DNA of 64,000 bases from contig NC_087436.1 in the NCBI RefSeq assembly GCF_036321535.1, positions 7,192,001 through 7,256,000 on the forward strand. The letters are read 5' to 3'. This document shows, piece by piece, positions 25,421 to 39,225 of this stretch. The notes below the pieces were generated by a model. It searched no databases. It was given only the letters and a program-made list of their open reading frames with translations, and had not been told where the DNA came from. This stretch comes from Camelus dromedarius (lineage: Eukaryota). The position numbers and the translations under genes were made by a program. Positions within the stretch are counted from its first letter, which is position 1. Every line of letters starts with the position of its first letter.

Positions 25421-26629
25421 GCGACCCTCTCCTGAAGCCATGAGTTTGATACATGATTAATTAATCTGTTTGGCTGCATTATTTGTTTTTCTTTGCAGAC
25501 ATTAGTTACTTAATCCGTTAGATAAACTGACTGTGGTAACAAAAATTATTCATTACTTCACCAATTATTTTTCAGGTACAGCTAAGGAGACGTGTAGCAA
25601 CTTGTATATATATTTTTTCTATGTTCATGGGTTCGCATTTTTGAGGTTTAGGTGATATTTACCCTGGGGGCAGGCTGAAAATGAACTCCTGAATTGTGTC
25701 AAATATTTTCTATTCGGTAACATTTCCCCAGAAGGCTCTGCCTTGGAAGCCAAAATGTGAGACAGCAAATCCGTACATGTCCCAGAGGGGCCAATTGCCA
25801 CTTAAAAAAATAGTCAGTCTCTCTCTTGCACCTGTGCCGTGTGCTTAGCAGATCTGCTCAATCTAGAAAAACTTCAGAAAGAATTGGCGATTTGAACGGA
25901 GACAAAGCTTGAATATTGAAGGGAGGACGTTTCATTCATGCCAGCTCCATGTTGTGTAATGCGTAGCAACTATAATCTTGTTTGCTCTTTTGTGACTGCG
26001 ATGCTGATCTCTTTCTGTCCCAAAGGCGATGCACTGCAGAGCCACCTGGGTCACCTGTAGTGTCACATAACCCAGGAACAGAATGTTGCTTCCTTTCACC
26101 CTCCTGCCTGCCTCCCCACACATCCATCTTTGAGAATAATTCTGTGTGGATAAGGGATCATTATCTTTATTAATTAAACTTTGCCATCTCAGTTTGATGT
26201 GGGCGAATACGTTGCTCATTTTAATCTGTCTCAAGGCCATGTTTTATGCTCACTATGTTTTAATTTGTCCTCGGTTGTGCTGGCCTGGTGCTGATGTAAA
26301 GATTGAGGGGCCTCTTGGGTGTTTTGTTTGGAGATAAATGACGATCTGGAGGAGAAGCCTGGAGACCCACAAACCGAACTTCTTCCTGGGCCTGTTGCCT
26401 TGAATCTGGACTCATAAACTCAAGCAGGGAATAAATTTCTATAATAAAACCTTTAATCTGCTTCCATCTTTAACTCAGGGGTGATTTTTCCCCCCACCTC
26501 AGTCCTGAACATTTTTCTTTTCCTGTGCTGTTCTATGGTTCTGATGACCTCTGCAAATACCAACTCTTAGACTATGGTGAGTTCAAAGTTTTATCCTATA
26601 CTCAGAAGAGGATGCTATTTTTTTGGGTA

Positions 26630-26750
26630 ACATTTTATTTTGAAATAATTTCACATGTAGAGAAAAGTTGTAAGAATGGAAGAACAACCTCCCGTGTGCT
26701 TATCACTGAGATCCCCCAATTGCTATTATTTTACCACATTTGCTTTACAT
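26630..26750 (-). mobile_element. Old L1 (L1MC/ME-like) 3' end fragment
   Basis: ttttattttgaaataatttcaca..tagagaaaagttg...attttaccacatttgcttta. Confidence 0.65.
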
Positions 26751-26776
26751 GATGTTATTTGAAATGACCATATTTT

Positions 26777-26931
26777 TTGTTGTAGTTGTTGGTTTTTTTT
26801 TTTTTTTGGTGGGGGGGAGGTAATTAAGTTTATTTACATATATATATATTTTAATGGAGGTGCTGGGGATTGAACCCAGGACCTTGTGCCCACTAAGCAC
26901 ATGCTTTACCACTGAGCTCTACTTTCCTCCC
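26777..26931 (-). mobile_element. tRNA-derived SINE (camelid Vic-1-like)
   Basis: Reverse complement of A box tagagctcagtggtaa and B box gggttcaatcc, with a T-rich tail. TSD tgaaatga(c/t)catatttt at 26760 and 26932. Confidence 0.9.
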
Positions 26932-27071
26932 TGAAATGATCATATTTTACTTCTCTGAATTCTAGCTATTCACTACCTGTGAAGAGCATAGAAATCAAAA
27001 CATGAAGATTCTCTGGTTGCTAATGTGAGGAGGACTGGGGGGGCGAGATTAGTCTTACTGTGGGGGAGTGG

Positions 27072-27557
27072 CGTCACCAAGTTCAGACTCGTTCTGCTTG
27101 CCAAAGGACAGGCCAGTGAATTGGGAGAGGAGGTGTCAGGGCAAGGAATAATGACTTTATTCAGAAAGCCAGCAGACTGAGATGATGGGGGACTCATGTC
27201 CCGGAGAACCATCTTCCCCAAATCAGAATTCAGATCCTTTTTATACTAAAAAAAGAGGAGGGGGTGTGGTTGGTTGTTGCAAACTTCTTTGTTCTTGCAG
27301 CTGTCCACATAGTTCAGCTCGTGATATATGCCTCCAACAAGACGAATACTATTCTCTGTTCTGTAACTTTTTTTCTCTATATGAATGGGAAAGTGTTATC
27401 TCCTTAAAGGTCAGAGCCTTGAGGATGGGCTCTCCTATTTATTTCAGGCTCTAGGCAACATTCTTTTACAAAAGGTGCAGAACCACTGTGACTCAACACA
27501 GGGTTGGAGCTAAAGGAATAGGTCTAACGTGGAGTCAGATTTGTCCTTCCCTACTAA
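27072..27557 (-). mobile_element. ERV1-class solo LTR, family A copy 1
   Basis: Reverse-complement homolog of 39226-39734 and 49060-49580; flanks gtgg/gggg. Confidence 0.85.
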
Positions 27558-30252
27558 GGGGATGAAAGAAGTGGATCTTTATTAGAGGAAAGAAGGGAGC
27601 TTTGCAGGAGCACTGTTCCAGGTGTGCACAGTTCTCCAGCAGGCATTCCAGAAACAGTGCACCAGAGAGACTACATCTCCTGAACTGCTTGGAATGCCTC
27701 ACTTTCTAAATAAGCTCGAGTGTCCATTTTTCCCTACAAATTGGTGACAAATAACAATATTCTATTTAGGTGACTAATGGTGATGCAGAAACTAAAGGCA
27801 AGTGCAAAAATCACAGAAGTGCATGGTGCTTTGCCTGTTGCTGCCAATTGAAGACCCTCCGAGGAGGATTCTGGGGTCTCCTCATTGACCCACAGGTCAC
27901 AAAGTCAAGGACTGTCCGTGAAGTGGCAGATGGCCAGACCTCTTAGCTGGTGAGCACAGATCCTGCTGGGTGTAGCCGCTGGCTTTTCTGCCTGGTCTGA
28001 GAGGGAAATGAGTAATGTGATTTGAATTGGCAAAAACCATGATTTTCACTTTAAAAGGGATCCTTTATTCTTGAACCAAAGCCAATTGAAATGCCCCGAG
28101 CCTGGGTCTTTTTCTTCAGACAAGAACAATGAGATCAATTTCTAACAGAAAATGAGGGAAAGGGAAGAGAGATGGCAGCTGAGGTAATAGGCTGTAAAGG
28201 ACCAAGTCTGAAATTAAATAATATGGCTTAAACAGTCCTGTAATTCAAGCCGCCCCTCCCCCCAACCCCTGCCCCCCAATCTTGCATTAAGGAAATAAAA
28301 CAAAAAGCTCCTTGCTGCAAAATGGAAGACAATCTTTTTTTTCTAATAGAAGAAAATTCTCTCTGCTACATGAATTTGAGCTATAGCAATCTGATTTCTA
28401 TGGAGATAAAGAGGCAGAGAAGTTAGCGCCGTTTGGAAGGGAATGTAAATGTGGTGTTGAGGAGCGACGTGGAAAACTTCACGCTTTTTGGCTTATTAGA
28501 ATTTGCTGTATTTTATCCTGTTTTCAGGGAGAAGCAGAAGCGATGTCGGGAGCTTTTTATTTAATTTTTGGGCAATTAGAAAAAGGAAATCCAGCCTGAG
28601 TGACTTCAGACTGTTCATTACCGTCTGGCGGGCAGAAGGAGACTGCATGTTTTAAATGTTAAGATCAGATTATTTGTAAGCTTCCCTTTGAAATTCAAGG
28701 GCGTAGAAGGTATGATAACTTGATTAACAGAGGAAACTGCCTTGTGTACACAGCTGGTTTCATCTCTGTAATAGTTTGGAGTCTGAAGAGTGCTGTTTCT
28801 TAGTCTCTTCCTGGAAATGACAGATTTTGGGGAGCCAAGGAAGCTTAGAAAAAATAACTTTTAGATATCTCCCCCCGCCACCCCAAATCCTCTAACTACT
28901 GTTATGATGGAGGTAGGTGTTCCTAGATCTTGCTTTGCTATACTGTAATGACCATGTTAATTCTGCACTTTTCCTGAGCTGAATTATTGACTCCCCTAGA
29001 AGTAGCTGGAAGCCCCTGACATCAGTCATTTCAGTATCACATGTAATGAGATGTCTTGAATTGTTCTGTAAAATGAATGTATCTCGATAGATTTCAGGCT
29101 CATTTCATTTTCTCGCAATAGTGGCTGACTATCTCTTTGATCAGAGGACACAGGCTGACCTGAATTTTCTTAAAAAAAAAAAAAATGCTGTTTGTCTTGT
29201 CCTGAGAATTTGTGTGGTTTTCTGGGTGGGTTGTCTGAAGGTGTTATTCATCAAAGGTATCTTAGGAAAAAGCAATAAAAATGAACACTACCTAGTTTAA
29301 AGCAATAAAGGACATTGGAGTATCCACTCAACACAGACCGGAGCAGACCAGCGTAGCCCTAGCAGGACGGAACCAGAGCCCCGAGGGATCTTTGAGCAGG
29401 CGCACACTGCTCCTCTCTCTGACGGCTGGCATTCACAAGGCTATCTCTGAATTCAGGTTCTGTATCTAATTCCTGATCCCAGTCCCTCCAGCTTCCATCC
29501 GTGTTCCCAGGAGGCTCTACCAGTTAGGGTGGGGGCAGGGAAGACGCTCAGAGGACAGGCATAACCCCGCCCACCATTCCCATGAGGGTGGAGGTTCTTA
29601 CAGAGGATGGGAGCCTCTTGAGATGGGAAACCCCTGAAGAGTTGACTATCACACCTGCTTCATCTCTGTGCATAGGAGAAACAATCTGTTATTTAAGATC
29701 CGAGCAGACTGTAGCCACCTCAGGAAGTGGCAGAATGTCCCTTTGGAATAGATGAACCGTTTAGCTGTTAGGAAAAGATAAGCTTCAGGGGAAGGGCTTG
29801 GAAAGCATAGGAATGAGAAAAAGAACTGAACTGCCTTTATCAATAAAACAAGAATTGGGAGGTTGCCAGGGACTGGACAAGAGAAGAACCCGTCTGTGAT
29901 GAGGAAGCTAAGAATTTACATGAAGTAGTGAGCATGGCCAGTGGGCATGGTCAAAGGGGATTTGCAGTGTGGATTTTTATGCATTTTTAACTTAGTTTGC
30001 TGGGCAGTGGGGTAACATAGCCGCTCCATCTCTCTCCACGCTTTAGTAGATGTCTGACCTATGCCCCATCTTCAGTTTGTCGGTATGTCAGGTAGAGAAG
30101 GAGTCGGTAACTGAAGCAGTGTGAAGGATCTAGTGAAATGATCCCTTTAACCCAACTAATGGAACTCACAATGAACTCTAAGCCAGAGCCACGCAGGAGA
30201 AAGACAGATGCTCCCTTCCCCTTTTCTGAAGAACTGCAACAGAAATTGGGAA

Positions 30253-30564
30253 GGACATTTAGGTTGCTTCCATGTCTTGGCTAAAAATGATACAACATGA
30301 ATTTATTTACAAAACAGTAGGAGGCTCACAGACATAGAAAATAAACTTATGGTTCCCAGAGGGGAAGAAGGGGAGGGATAAATTGGGAGTTTGGGATTAA
30401 CAGATACAAACTACTGTATATAAGATAGATAAACAACAAGGACCTACTGTATAGCACAGGGAATTACATTCCATATCTCATAATAACCTACAATGGAAAA
30501 GAATATATATATGTATAACTGAATCACTATTCTGTACACCAGAAACTAACACAACATTGTAAAT
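30253..30564 (+). mobile_element. Short L1 3' fragment with ~30-bp inverted 5' piece and no poly-A
   Basis: Antisense ggacatttaggttgcttccatgtcttggcta is joined to sense 3'UTR ending acaacattgtaaat. Confidence 0.85.
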
Positions 30565-31013
30565 GTGGTAGTACGTGGCGGAGTTTTCAGATTGTCCTTT
30601 GAAGGTTTCACTTGGACCTAAAACCACTTATCACTTCACTTGTCTTGAAGGGAATAAAGCATGCATGTGGCATGTACTGTCGTACTGGGGTAGGGGGCTG
30701 GTAAAACTTCAGCGTGTGCACTTCCACCAGGAACACAGTTCATTGTGAAGAATCTTAACCGTGCATTTCTAGGGCTGCCCTGTCTTAACCCTGTTACTGT
30801 CTTGGCAGGTGGAGAAACAGAGCTGTGAGTCCCATGGGTCCTCTGGCTGCTGGGCATAGACTCAGCAGAAGCAGATAGGCTTGTAGAAAATTCAGGTTAG
30901 TACGTTGTTTTGAAAAAGTGTTTTGCTTTGTCAGTTTTCAACTTTTCATTCTATGGAAGACATTGAATTTCTAGGTGCCATTTTTAAAGGTGCCAGGAGA
31001 ACCAGGGTCATTC

Positions 31014-31573
31014 TGTTAGGTAGTTAGGTAAGTGGGGGCACCAGGCTGACAAGGTGGAAGAGAGGGAGGAGGGTCTGGAAGATGGTGTTGTGCCCCCTTC
31101 AGCATAAAGGGGCTTTACTTCCTCTAAATAAGTGACAGCAAGAAACTGGTTGGGACCAGATGGCTGCAACTGTGAGGCAGCGACAAGGACCAAACTGGAC
31201 ATGACCCAGCGCTCATTGTAATATAGTTGGCATTGTGGTTTAGGCTTCCTCTCCCCTGTGGGTTTTTTGTGTGCATCATGGGTAAGGACATGCTCAAAGG
31301 GGGACCAGCATGACGGAGCACTCCTGGGGCAAGAGCCGTCAATCAAGAGACCCCCTGTAAGTGAGGGGAGAGAAGAGGGGGGCAAACAAAGACCACTGCT
31401 ACCTGCCCTTGGATCAGCCCGCCTCCCATTCTTGGAGGGGCACTTTCCCTTTGCTAATAAAACCTTTAAAATCTTAACTACTTGACTCTTTGTCTCCTGT
31501 CTAATTCTTCTCTTTCAGGAGAGACAAGAATTGAGGACTTTCCCTTTTGCGGGAGCAGTTCCACAGGGTAATG
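31014..31573 (+). mobile_element. Solo LTR, probably ERV1 class
   Basis: Starts tgttaggtagttagg, has aataaa at ~31456 and a U5-like tctaattcttctctttcaggagagacaagaa, and ends ggtaatg. Confidence 0.7.
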
Positions 31574-32569
31574 AGTTCCTATTACTGATGTCATTCCTTT
31601 ATCGAGCATATGTTTAATGCATGTGATGCTTTAGGAAGATGCCGGGTGCAGAATGCATAAAACGGCAGACACTTAAATAAGGTATTAAAACACTGAGATA
31701 AATGCCAATAGAAGGCCACGGGAAGTGCTAAAGGGAACCCTGAGTGCAGCCATATAAACTAGCCATGCCTGTAAGGGTAAGGACAGGATAAAATGGGGAC
31801 GAGGAGAGGGTTTCGCCTAAATTTCACCCTACCTATCTTTCTTACCACGTATCAGAAAAGGCATCTCTGTTCTTATAGTTTCTAAGCCATTACGTCACTT
31901 CTTTTAAGATGCTGTTTTTATCACAGAAATCTCATTATAAAAGGTGGTTTATTTTCTGTGATATCTCTTATTTAGTATGAGGCTTCTGTGGACCAGCCTT
32001 GGAGCAGTGACCACCAGGCAGAGCATTGCCTTAATGGGAAATTTCTCTTTTTTTTTGAGTTTCAAATGAACCTTTGAAATAGAATTTGTTCTAAGTTGGA
32101 ATTGTCTGTAGGGGTGATAACATTTTAAATATGAATTCCTAGCCATTAGAATACATTTCAAGAACAGGCTTATAGATCTGTAATTGTAGCTAAAAAAAGT
32201 ATATTGTTTCTATCCTACCTTGAAAAGCCTGCAATATACGTTTGGACTATTGTACTCCCATTACTTCAATTCTTTGTATGTACTGTAGGCTGGAGAAATT
32301 AGACAATTAAAAAAAAATGAGGACTGGTTTCAGGATGCTTGGCTGTTCTTGGTCCTGCGGGGTGGCTGGGGTAGGGTGGCAGCTTGAGACAGGAAATGTT
32401 TTCCTAAGCCGCCCAGTAGAGCCCAGGATAGGGGACAGTGGGATGGGTGTTTAGTATGTTTCTCAACAAAGAACTTGCAATCTTCCTCTTCATTAAAGCA
32501 AAAAACATCTTTTCAGGGCATTTATATTCCCAATGTACTGTTTCTTGTCTACCAGATTTTACATTCCAG

Positions 32570-32750
32570 TGGGTCCTTATTTGAATACCAGCTCAACTGC
32601 TTTCTGCGTGACCTGCTTATTATTAAGTTCCTTTTATAACATAGGTATAAATACACCCAACTGGTGGGAGTGCTGTGATGAGTAAATAAAGAGTGGAAGT
32701 AAATTGCTCGGTACGATGCTTGGCACATAGCAATCCCTCAACAAATCGCA
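32570..32750 (+). mobile_element. MIR fragment
   Basis: tttgaataccagctc...gtgacct...gcttggcacatagcaatccctcaacaaat. Confidence 0.55.
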
Positions 32751-33954
32751 GGGGTGGTGGGTGAGTGGCATTTTTATTTCCATTACTTGCCATACTTCAG
32801 TCTGGGAGACTTCTTTTGTTTTTCATTTTAATTGTATTTGAGTGGTAAACCTTCGACCCTTCTTTCAAGGAGAGGAATTTGCTTTGGAAACTGTCAGCCA
32901 TTTTTTCCCCCATCTCTATGCTTTTAGGTCTTTAGTCAAGGTTTTTTAATTTCTAGGGTTTAAATGAGGACACCAACATATTGTTAGTACAGCATAGTTC
33001 CAAGCCTTTTGGTTCTATTTTCATAAATGCTTTATGATCCATTTTATTTGTTGGTCTGAACACAGCCCTTATGAAGTACATGATTATTTTCATTTTCGCT
33101 CCAAGGATGGTTTTTAATTCACTAAAGTGAGTTCATGCACTTCAAGGTCAGTGGTGGTGCTTACACCCCAGTCCTTCAAATCCTAGCATTTTACCCACTC
33201 CTCGGAGCCTTGCCATTTCTCTTGATTTCTCTGTCTTTGACATGGTTATAGATGTAACCTATTGTTCAGAAGGAAAAAAACAAAGAAAGCCATATGACTT
33301 TTTAATGAAAGAAGTTAAATTAAGCAAGACCTCATCAGTTCAATGTCAAATTACACTGATTTATTATTACTTTTTTAAGTTTTAGTTTATGAATGCCTTT
33401 CTTGAGTTTTTCTCATGCGTTCTGTCTTTTTCTCTTTGCAAATTCATTGTGTCGGGCCGCTCAAATAATTTTAATATTTGACATTTTATGAATTGACTGC
33501 TCATCCCAGAGTTACGGAATGCTTCTGTCGGCAAGTCCTTCTTTTCTTCTTTCAGGACAATGTCAAAATCGGCGCTATTCTCATCTTCTATTGAGGGAAA
33601 TGAGAGCATTACAGAGGTAATGCATTTGAAATGCTGCCTAATACTACACAATGCTATGCAATTTCGAGATCTTAAAATGGAGCCCTGGCTCTTCAGAAGC
33701 CCCGGAGGAGGGATTTTCTGGAAGAGACTTTTAGAAGTGTGAGGCAAACTTTTGAAAGTCAGAGTTTAATGAAAAAGCAGCAGTCCTCGCCCCACCGCTT
33801 CCTACTCCCTAGTCCTGAGATACACAGGCAACCACATTCCACTCTTTTACTTACATATTTCTAAGTAATGAGTCATTAATGTCATTTCTTGATTACTTTT
33901 AATTTTAAACATTATTTAAGGAAATTAATTATATTGAAACTCTTTAGAGAGGCA

Positions 33955-35130
33955 TGCTAGTTATATTTTACTGTGTAGCAAGTTACCTCAACCCTTGGAA
34001 GCAACAATTGTTTATTTTCACAGTTTCTCTGAGTCAGGAGTGTACGTGGAACTAAGCTGGGTACCTCTCGATCAAGGTCTCTTATGAAGTTGCCTTCAAG
34101 CCATTGGCTGGGGCTGTGGTTTCACCCCAAGACTCATCTGGGAGAGGAACCAATTCCAAGCTCATTCAGGTGGTTCTTGGGAAAATCTAGTTTTGCAGGC
34201 TGTTGGACTGGGAATCTTATTTCATTTCTGGATGTTGGCTGGAGACCTCCCTCCATTCTTTACCATTTGAATCTCTCCATCAGACAATTCATAACATGGT
34301 AGCTGGTTTACTTTAGAATGAGCAAGGGAGAGCAAGGGAGAACATGAAAGTTGGGACCCCTGGTTCTCTGTCTTTTTATAACCTAATGTCATCATAAACC
34401 TTCTGTGACAGTCTTCCAGAGTCAGTAAATCCAGCCCACCCTAAGCGGAGTAGATTAAACTAGAGCTTGCATACCAGAAGGCAAACACCATTGGGAGCCG
34501 CCTGAGGAACTGTCTTCTGTAGTTCATCATTTGGATCCCAGTAATTCATGTCCATTGTGCATACAAATATATTCACTCCCAATCACCTCCCAGAGTTTCA
34601 TCTCATTATATAGCATCAGCTTAAAGTCCAGATTCTTATCAAATTAGGTCCAGGTGTGGACATGATTCATCATCAGGAATAGCTCCTCAAATACAGCCCT
34701 TCAAGTACCCATCCCTTCAACCTGTAGCCCTGTAAAACTAAAGAGGTGAAGTATCTCCTCCCCACCACTCCACCCCTGCTGCCACACCACACTGACCTCC
34801 ACATCCAGTGAACAAAGGTGGGGCAGACACAAACTCTTTATTATAAACATTACTGTTAAAAAAAAAAAAAAAGGGAATGGAATGCACTAAGGAGGCATTG
34901 CGTGATAGAACTTCTGAAATACAGCTTGGAAAGTGTTCAAAGATTAATTAATTTTCAAGGACTTTTGGCTCTTCTCTCTGGGTTTTTAGCTCCACCTCTT
35001 AGTCATCCTTCCTTTTTCACGAAAGGTATCATGTGTTTCCATTTGAGTAGTTTTTTCTTCCCGTGCAGGATCTTGATCTTGTTCTGGCTGCTTTCCAGGT
35101 CATAATTTGTTCCTTTATCTCCTAATTCCT
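33955..35130 (-). mobile_element. MaLR element: MLT1E/F-like LTR (~33955-34522) plus adjoining internal sequence
   Basis: LTR motifs cacagtttctctgagtcaggag and ttccaagctcattcaggtggtt; internal motif tagcatcagcttaaagtccaga...aggtccaggtgtgga. Confidence 0.75.
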
Positions 35131-35984
35131 CATGTCTCCAGCTCCCTATTCAAGTTTAAGATATTGAGTCTCTTTGGCAAAGCCTGGACCACATTGACCT
35201 ATTTACAAGGGAGGTTGAGGACTTGAAAATCTTAAGCTTCTAGGATGGAATGCTGAGTCTTCTGAGACTCAAAAGATTGAAGATTCCTCCACACAGGGGA
35301 TAAGTTTAGATGCTAGTCAGTCAAAAGAATGGCAAATATTTTTTATCAACATCTTTTGTGCTTTAAGAAATGCATTTACCTACATATTTATCTTTGGGGT
35401 GTACGGATCTTTACACGAATACTTCACAAGTATTATTTTTATTTTATTTTAAATCCATAGAGATGAAACTCTAAACAAAGCACCATAGGAAAGTAAAAGG
35501 AAATTCCTTATCAACCACACTCCATAATTCTAGGTCCTTGGCTGTCTGCATGTTCTAACTACCTCTATCTATCTTTCCTACCTTTTCATCGAACTTCCTC
35601 TGCCTCCTACTGGTCTACCAGAACCCAGTTGAAACGTCACCTCCTCCATGGAAACTTCCTTATACATTCTTATTTAGAGACACCTTCTTTAATGCTTCCG
35701 ACAGCACCCTCTAGACCAGTGGTCACAGAAGACAGCATCTTTGAATGAATGAATGCTCTGTAAAGCAAAACCTTGCACATACAGCTTTCTTCAGTGTAAA
35801 AAGGAAACAGCACTGCTACTAAAACTATCATTTGTTACCACAAGGATGTTAAAGCTGAAACAGAATAAATGCATGAAGCACAGCAAAACAGTCATAGCCA
35901 GGAACACGTACTATTTCTCAGGCCTGGGCTAAGTGCTTTACATGATTATTTACTCCTCACATATTGCATCAAGTTTTACTATTA

Positions 35985-36540
35985 TTTTTTTTTCAATTTC
36001 TTTATTGTGGTAAAATACATATAACACAATATTTCTGTTATGTTAACCACTTATAAATGCACATCTTAACCATTTTTATATGTCCAGTTCAGTGGTATGA
36101 AGTACATTCCTATTTTTGTGCAATCATCACCACCATCCACCTTCAGAACTCTTCCCGACTTGCAAAACTGAAACTCTTCATACATCAAGCTGTTGTTTTA
36201 CTTCCTATTCTCTCTCCCCCAGCCCTTGGAAATCAGTATGGTACTTTCTGTCTTTGTGATTTTGACTACCCTATGTACTTCATATTAGTAGAATCATATG
36301 GTATTTATCTTTTTTGCTTGGTTTATTTCACTTAATGAAATAACAGTCTCAAAGTTCATCCATATTGTAGCAGATGTCAGAGTTCCTTCCTTTTTTAAGG
36401 CTGAATGATATTCCATTGTGTACATACAGCAAATTTGTTTATCCACTCATCTGTTGATGGACACTTTGGTTATTTCCACATTTTATCTATTGTGAATAGG
36501 GCTACCATGAACATGGGTGTACAGACATCTCTTTGAAAGA
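35985..36540 (-). mobile_element. L1 (L1MA/MB-like) 3' end
   Basis: tttattgtggtaaaatacatataac...gttcatccatattgtagc...aacatgggtgtacagacatctctttga. Confidence 0.85.
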
Positions 36541-36779
36541 CAGGTGGCTTTAGCTTTACCCTTTTAAGATGATTGTCTGGCAGTAGCTTCCGCTGGAATG
36601 ACGCTTGTAATTTACACAACAATCAAGTAAGCCGATTATATCAGCTAGCTCCTGGTGGGAAACAAAATTTAAGTGATGCAAGATGTTTTCATGAAGACAG
36701 TGTGTATTTGGGTGTAGAAACTTGAGGGAACTTATTACTAAAGAGTGTTACCATATCAAGACATTAGTAACAGTAAGGA

Positions 36780-37130
36780 GTACTTAGCATTTTCAGTCCT
36801 GAATGGGCAAGGAGAGGAAATAACATTAATAGAGTCCAGTGAGAGCTGGAACTAAGAAGAGGAATCATAGTGAGTAGCTGAGCCCATGAAAGGATGCAGC
36901 CACTGATGTAAAAGTGGCCCAGAGTGGGTAGGTATGGGGATAAAATACTTCAACCTCTTTTTTTCCCTGCCCTCCAATCTTTTGACAATAAATCCCATTG
37001 GTTGAGCCCAATCAGAAGTCATGTAGCAAGAGCTAGCTGTCCAGCGTGATGTAGCCTTATATTGGTCAATCCCATGAAGAAGGAGCAGGGCAGAGAAGGA
37101 CACAGAAGAGATGAAGAAGGATCTCAGAGG
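36780..37130 (-). mobile_element. Old ERV-L-type LTR fragment (LTR33-like)
   Basis: ttccctgcctccaatctt...cccattggttgagcccaatcagaagtca...agcagggcagagaagg. Confidence 0.5.
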
Positions 37131-39225
37131 AGGCAGAATCCTTCACTGAACAACCTTCAAACATTAGAATTTATGGGCAGGGATACTTGGCTTAGTCTTA
37201 GAATTGAAGAAGTTTCATTCAATCATTCCTTCTCTCTGCTAAGAGGCAAGGAAATGAAGCACATTATTTATAAACTTTCTTTGTTTTTCACAAGAATGTG
37301 CTTTTAGAAACTGGATCAGAAAGTAGGATGACCAGAAATGGATCATTTAGCATTAGACGCTAAAAGACAGGAACATCATTTTAAGTTTCCTTCTATCAAA
37401 CCCACTCCTGTGAAAGAACTGAAGGCTGCTCTGTGCAGACTAGTCACAGCTTCTGTCCCTGGACAGCGTTCATGCATGGGTGAGGAGAAGTGCTGACTGA
37501 GGAGAAAAAATTAGCTGAAATTGAAGAGGATCTGCCCAAGTGATGAAAAATGAACAGTATGGGCTTTTAGACACATTGCATGACCAGATGGATAGAATTA
37601 GAGATTGTTTGAAGACACTTCTATAAAGGAAATGTGGTTGAAGAAAAGTGTTTGGTGACGTGCAAAAATGCAAAAAGTAGTGTATAGTGTGTATGTATCT
37701 GGGGCGGGATGTAAAGGAAGGGAGATTAATAATACTGAAGGCAACATACAGAGAAAGTGTAAGGATACCTAACAGCTTTTCATTATCTAGGAGGGTGAGT
37801 GATAACTCTCAAGAAACCCAGGGTGAAAGAAAGAATTTCTATATTCATAGAAACGTTATTTTATATTTTGTATATTTATTTTGTTGTCTCTTTTTTTTTT
37901 TTCCATCTTGCAGAACTTCCATCAATATCTCATCAATTTTCCAATTCTCCAGGAAGGCAATAGCAGAGTAGAGGCAATTACAGAGCTGGATTTGCACATA
38001 AGAGAGACAGACAGAGATTCAGATTCTGACCTGAGTTTCAATTTCAACAAAACTTTCTGCCTCTAAGTTCAGTGCTGAAAAAGCAGATCTTGCAGCCTTT
38101 CATTGCCCTTACACTACACCTGCCCTTTTGGTGTAAACACGCATGTCTATCACATCTTCCCAACACAATTTGCCAAGGGTGAGCCCATTTCAAAGCAATG
38201 TTTGTTTAGCAAAGGTGGTTTACCCTGGCAAAGTTTTCTAAATAATTCAGAGATAATTTCTATCAACTGAGAAAGGAATGTTGATCTCTGTATATGAAAA
38301 AAATAAGTTGTCAATATTCATCCTTAATCAGACAAAAATGTCTTCCTCAAAGGGTATAATATATAACTAAAATTTAGAAATAATTAATGCAATGTTCACA
38401 ATGCCTTTACCTGTCACAGAAAATGGCAAGTAATTATGAAAGCCTATTAAACAATAGGCATTGTCCTGCAGCTCGGAACGCTAAGCCTGCTGGTGAGGGG
38501 GTATTGAGAAATTGGGCTTGTTTGTATTTATATCGTCAGTGAACATTTTAACAAATTGTGAATCTGTCCTTAAAATAAGATGTTACTCTAAAAAAATGTG
38601 CAGTATATTGTATATATGTATTTACATGCAATATAATGTGTTATGTGCAGTTGCACTGTAATAATTCTACCTAATAAAACTGAAAAAGGAGGAAAAAAAG
38701 ATGTTACCAGATCACTCCTGCTCACCTACAAATTTAAAGTAAAAATGAAAAATGGAATAAGAAAGGAGCAAGAAATGCTGGGAATCAGGAGATCTTGCTA
38801 GCTGACTGTCCGCCACTAACAACCTGGGTGACCGCTTAAAATTAGTCTCTTCGAAAATTTGGTTGTGATTCTGTGACAACAATGAAACAAGATTAAGCCC
38901 CTAACACTTGTCTTAATGAAATTAAGGATTTGTTGACATCTCTAAGTATATAAGCTAATAAGTAATTTAGAACTCTTTATTTACCATGACTTTAAAAAAT
39001 GGATTGTTGAAAAAAGTCAATTCTTAAGCAAATCAAATTTTATGTGCATGTTATGGCTTTATCCTAATGTAAAAATCTTCAGTCCTCGCAACCATTTGCA
39101 GTTCTTAATATCTTCTTGCTTTTTAGCTTTAGGGTCTTTGCTTAAACTTTTTTTCTCTTTCTGTGTCCTGCTTTCACCTGGGTATGTCATTAAGTGAGCC
39201 TGAATGAACCTCATCATTGAATAGG

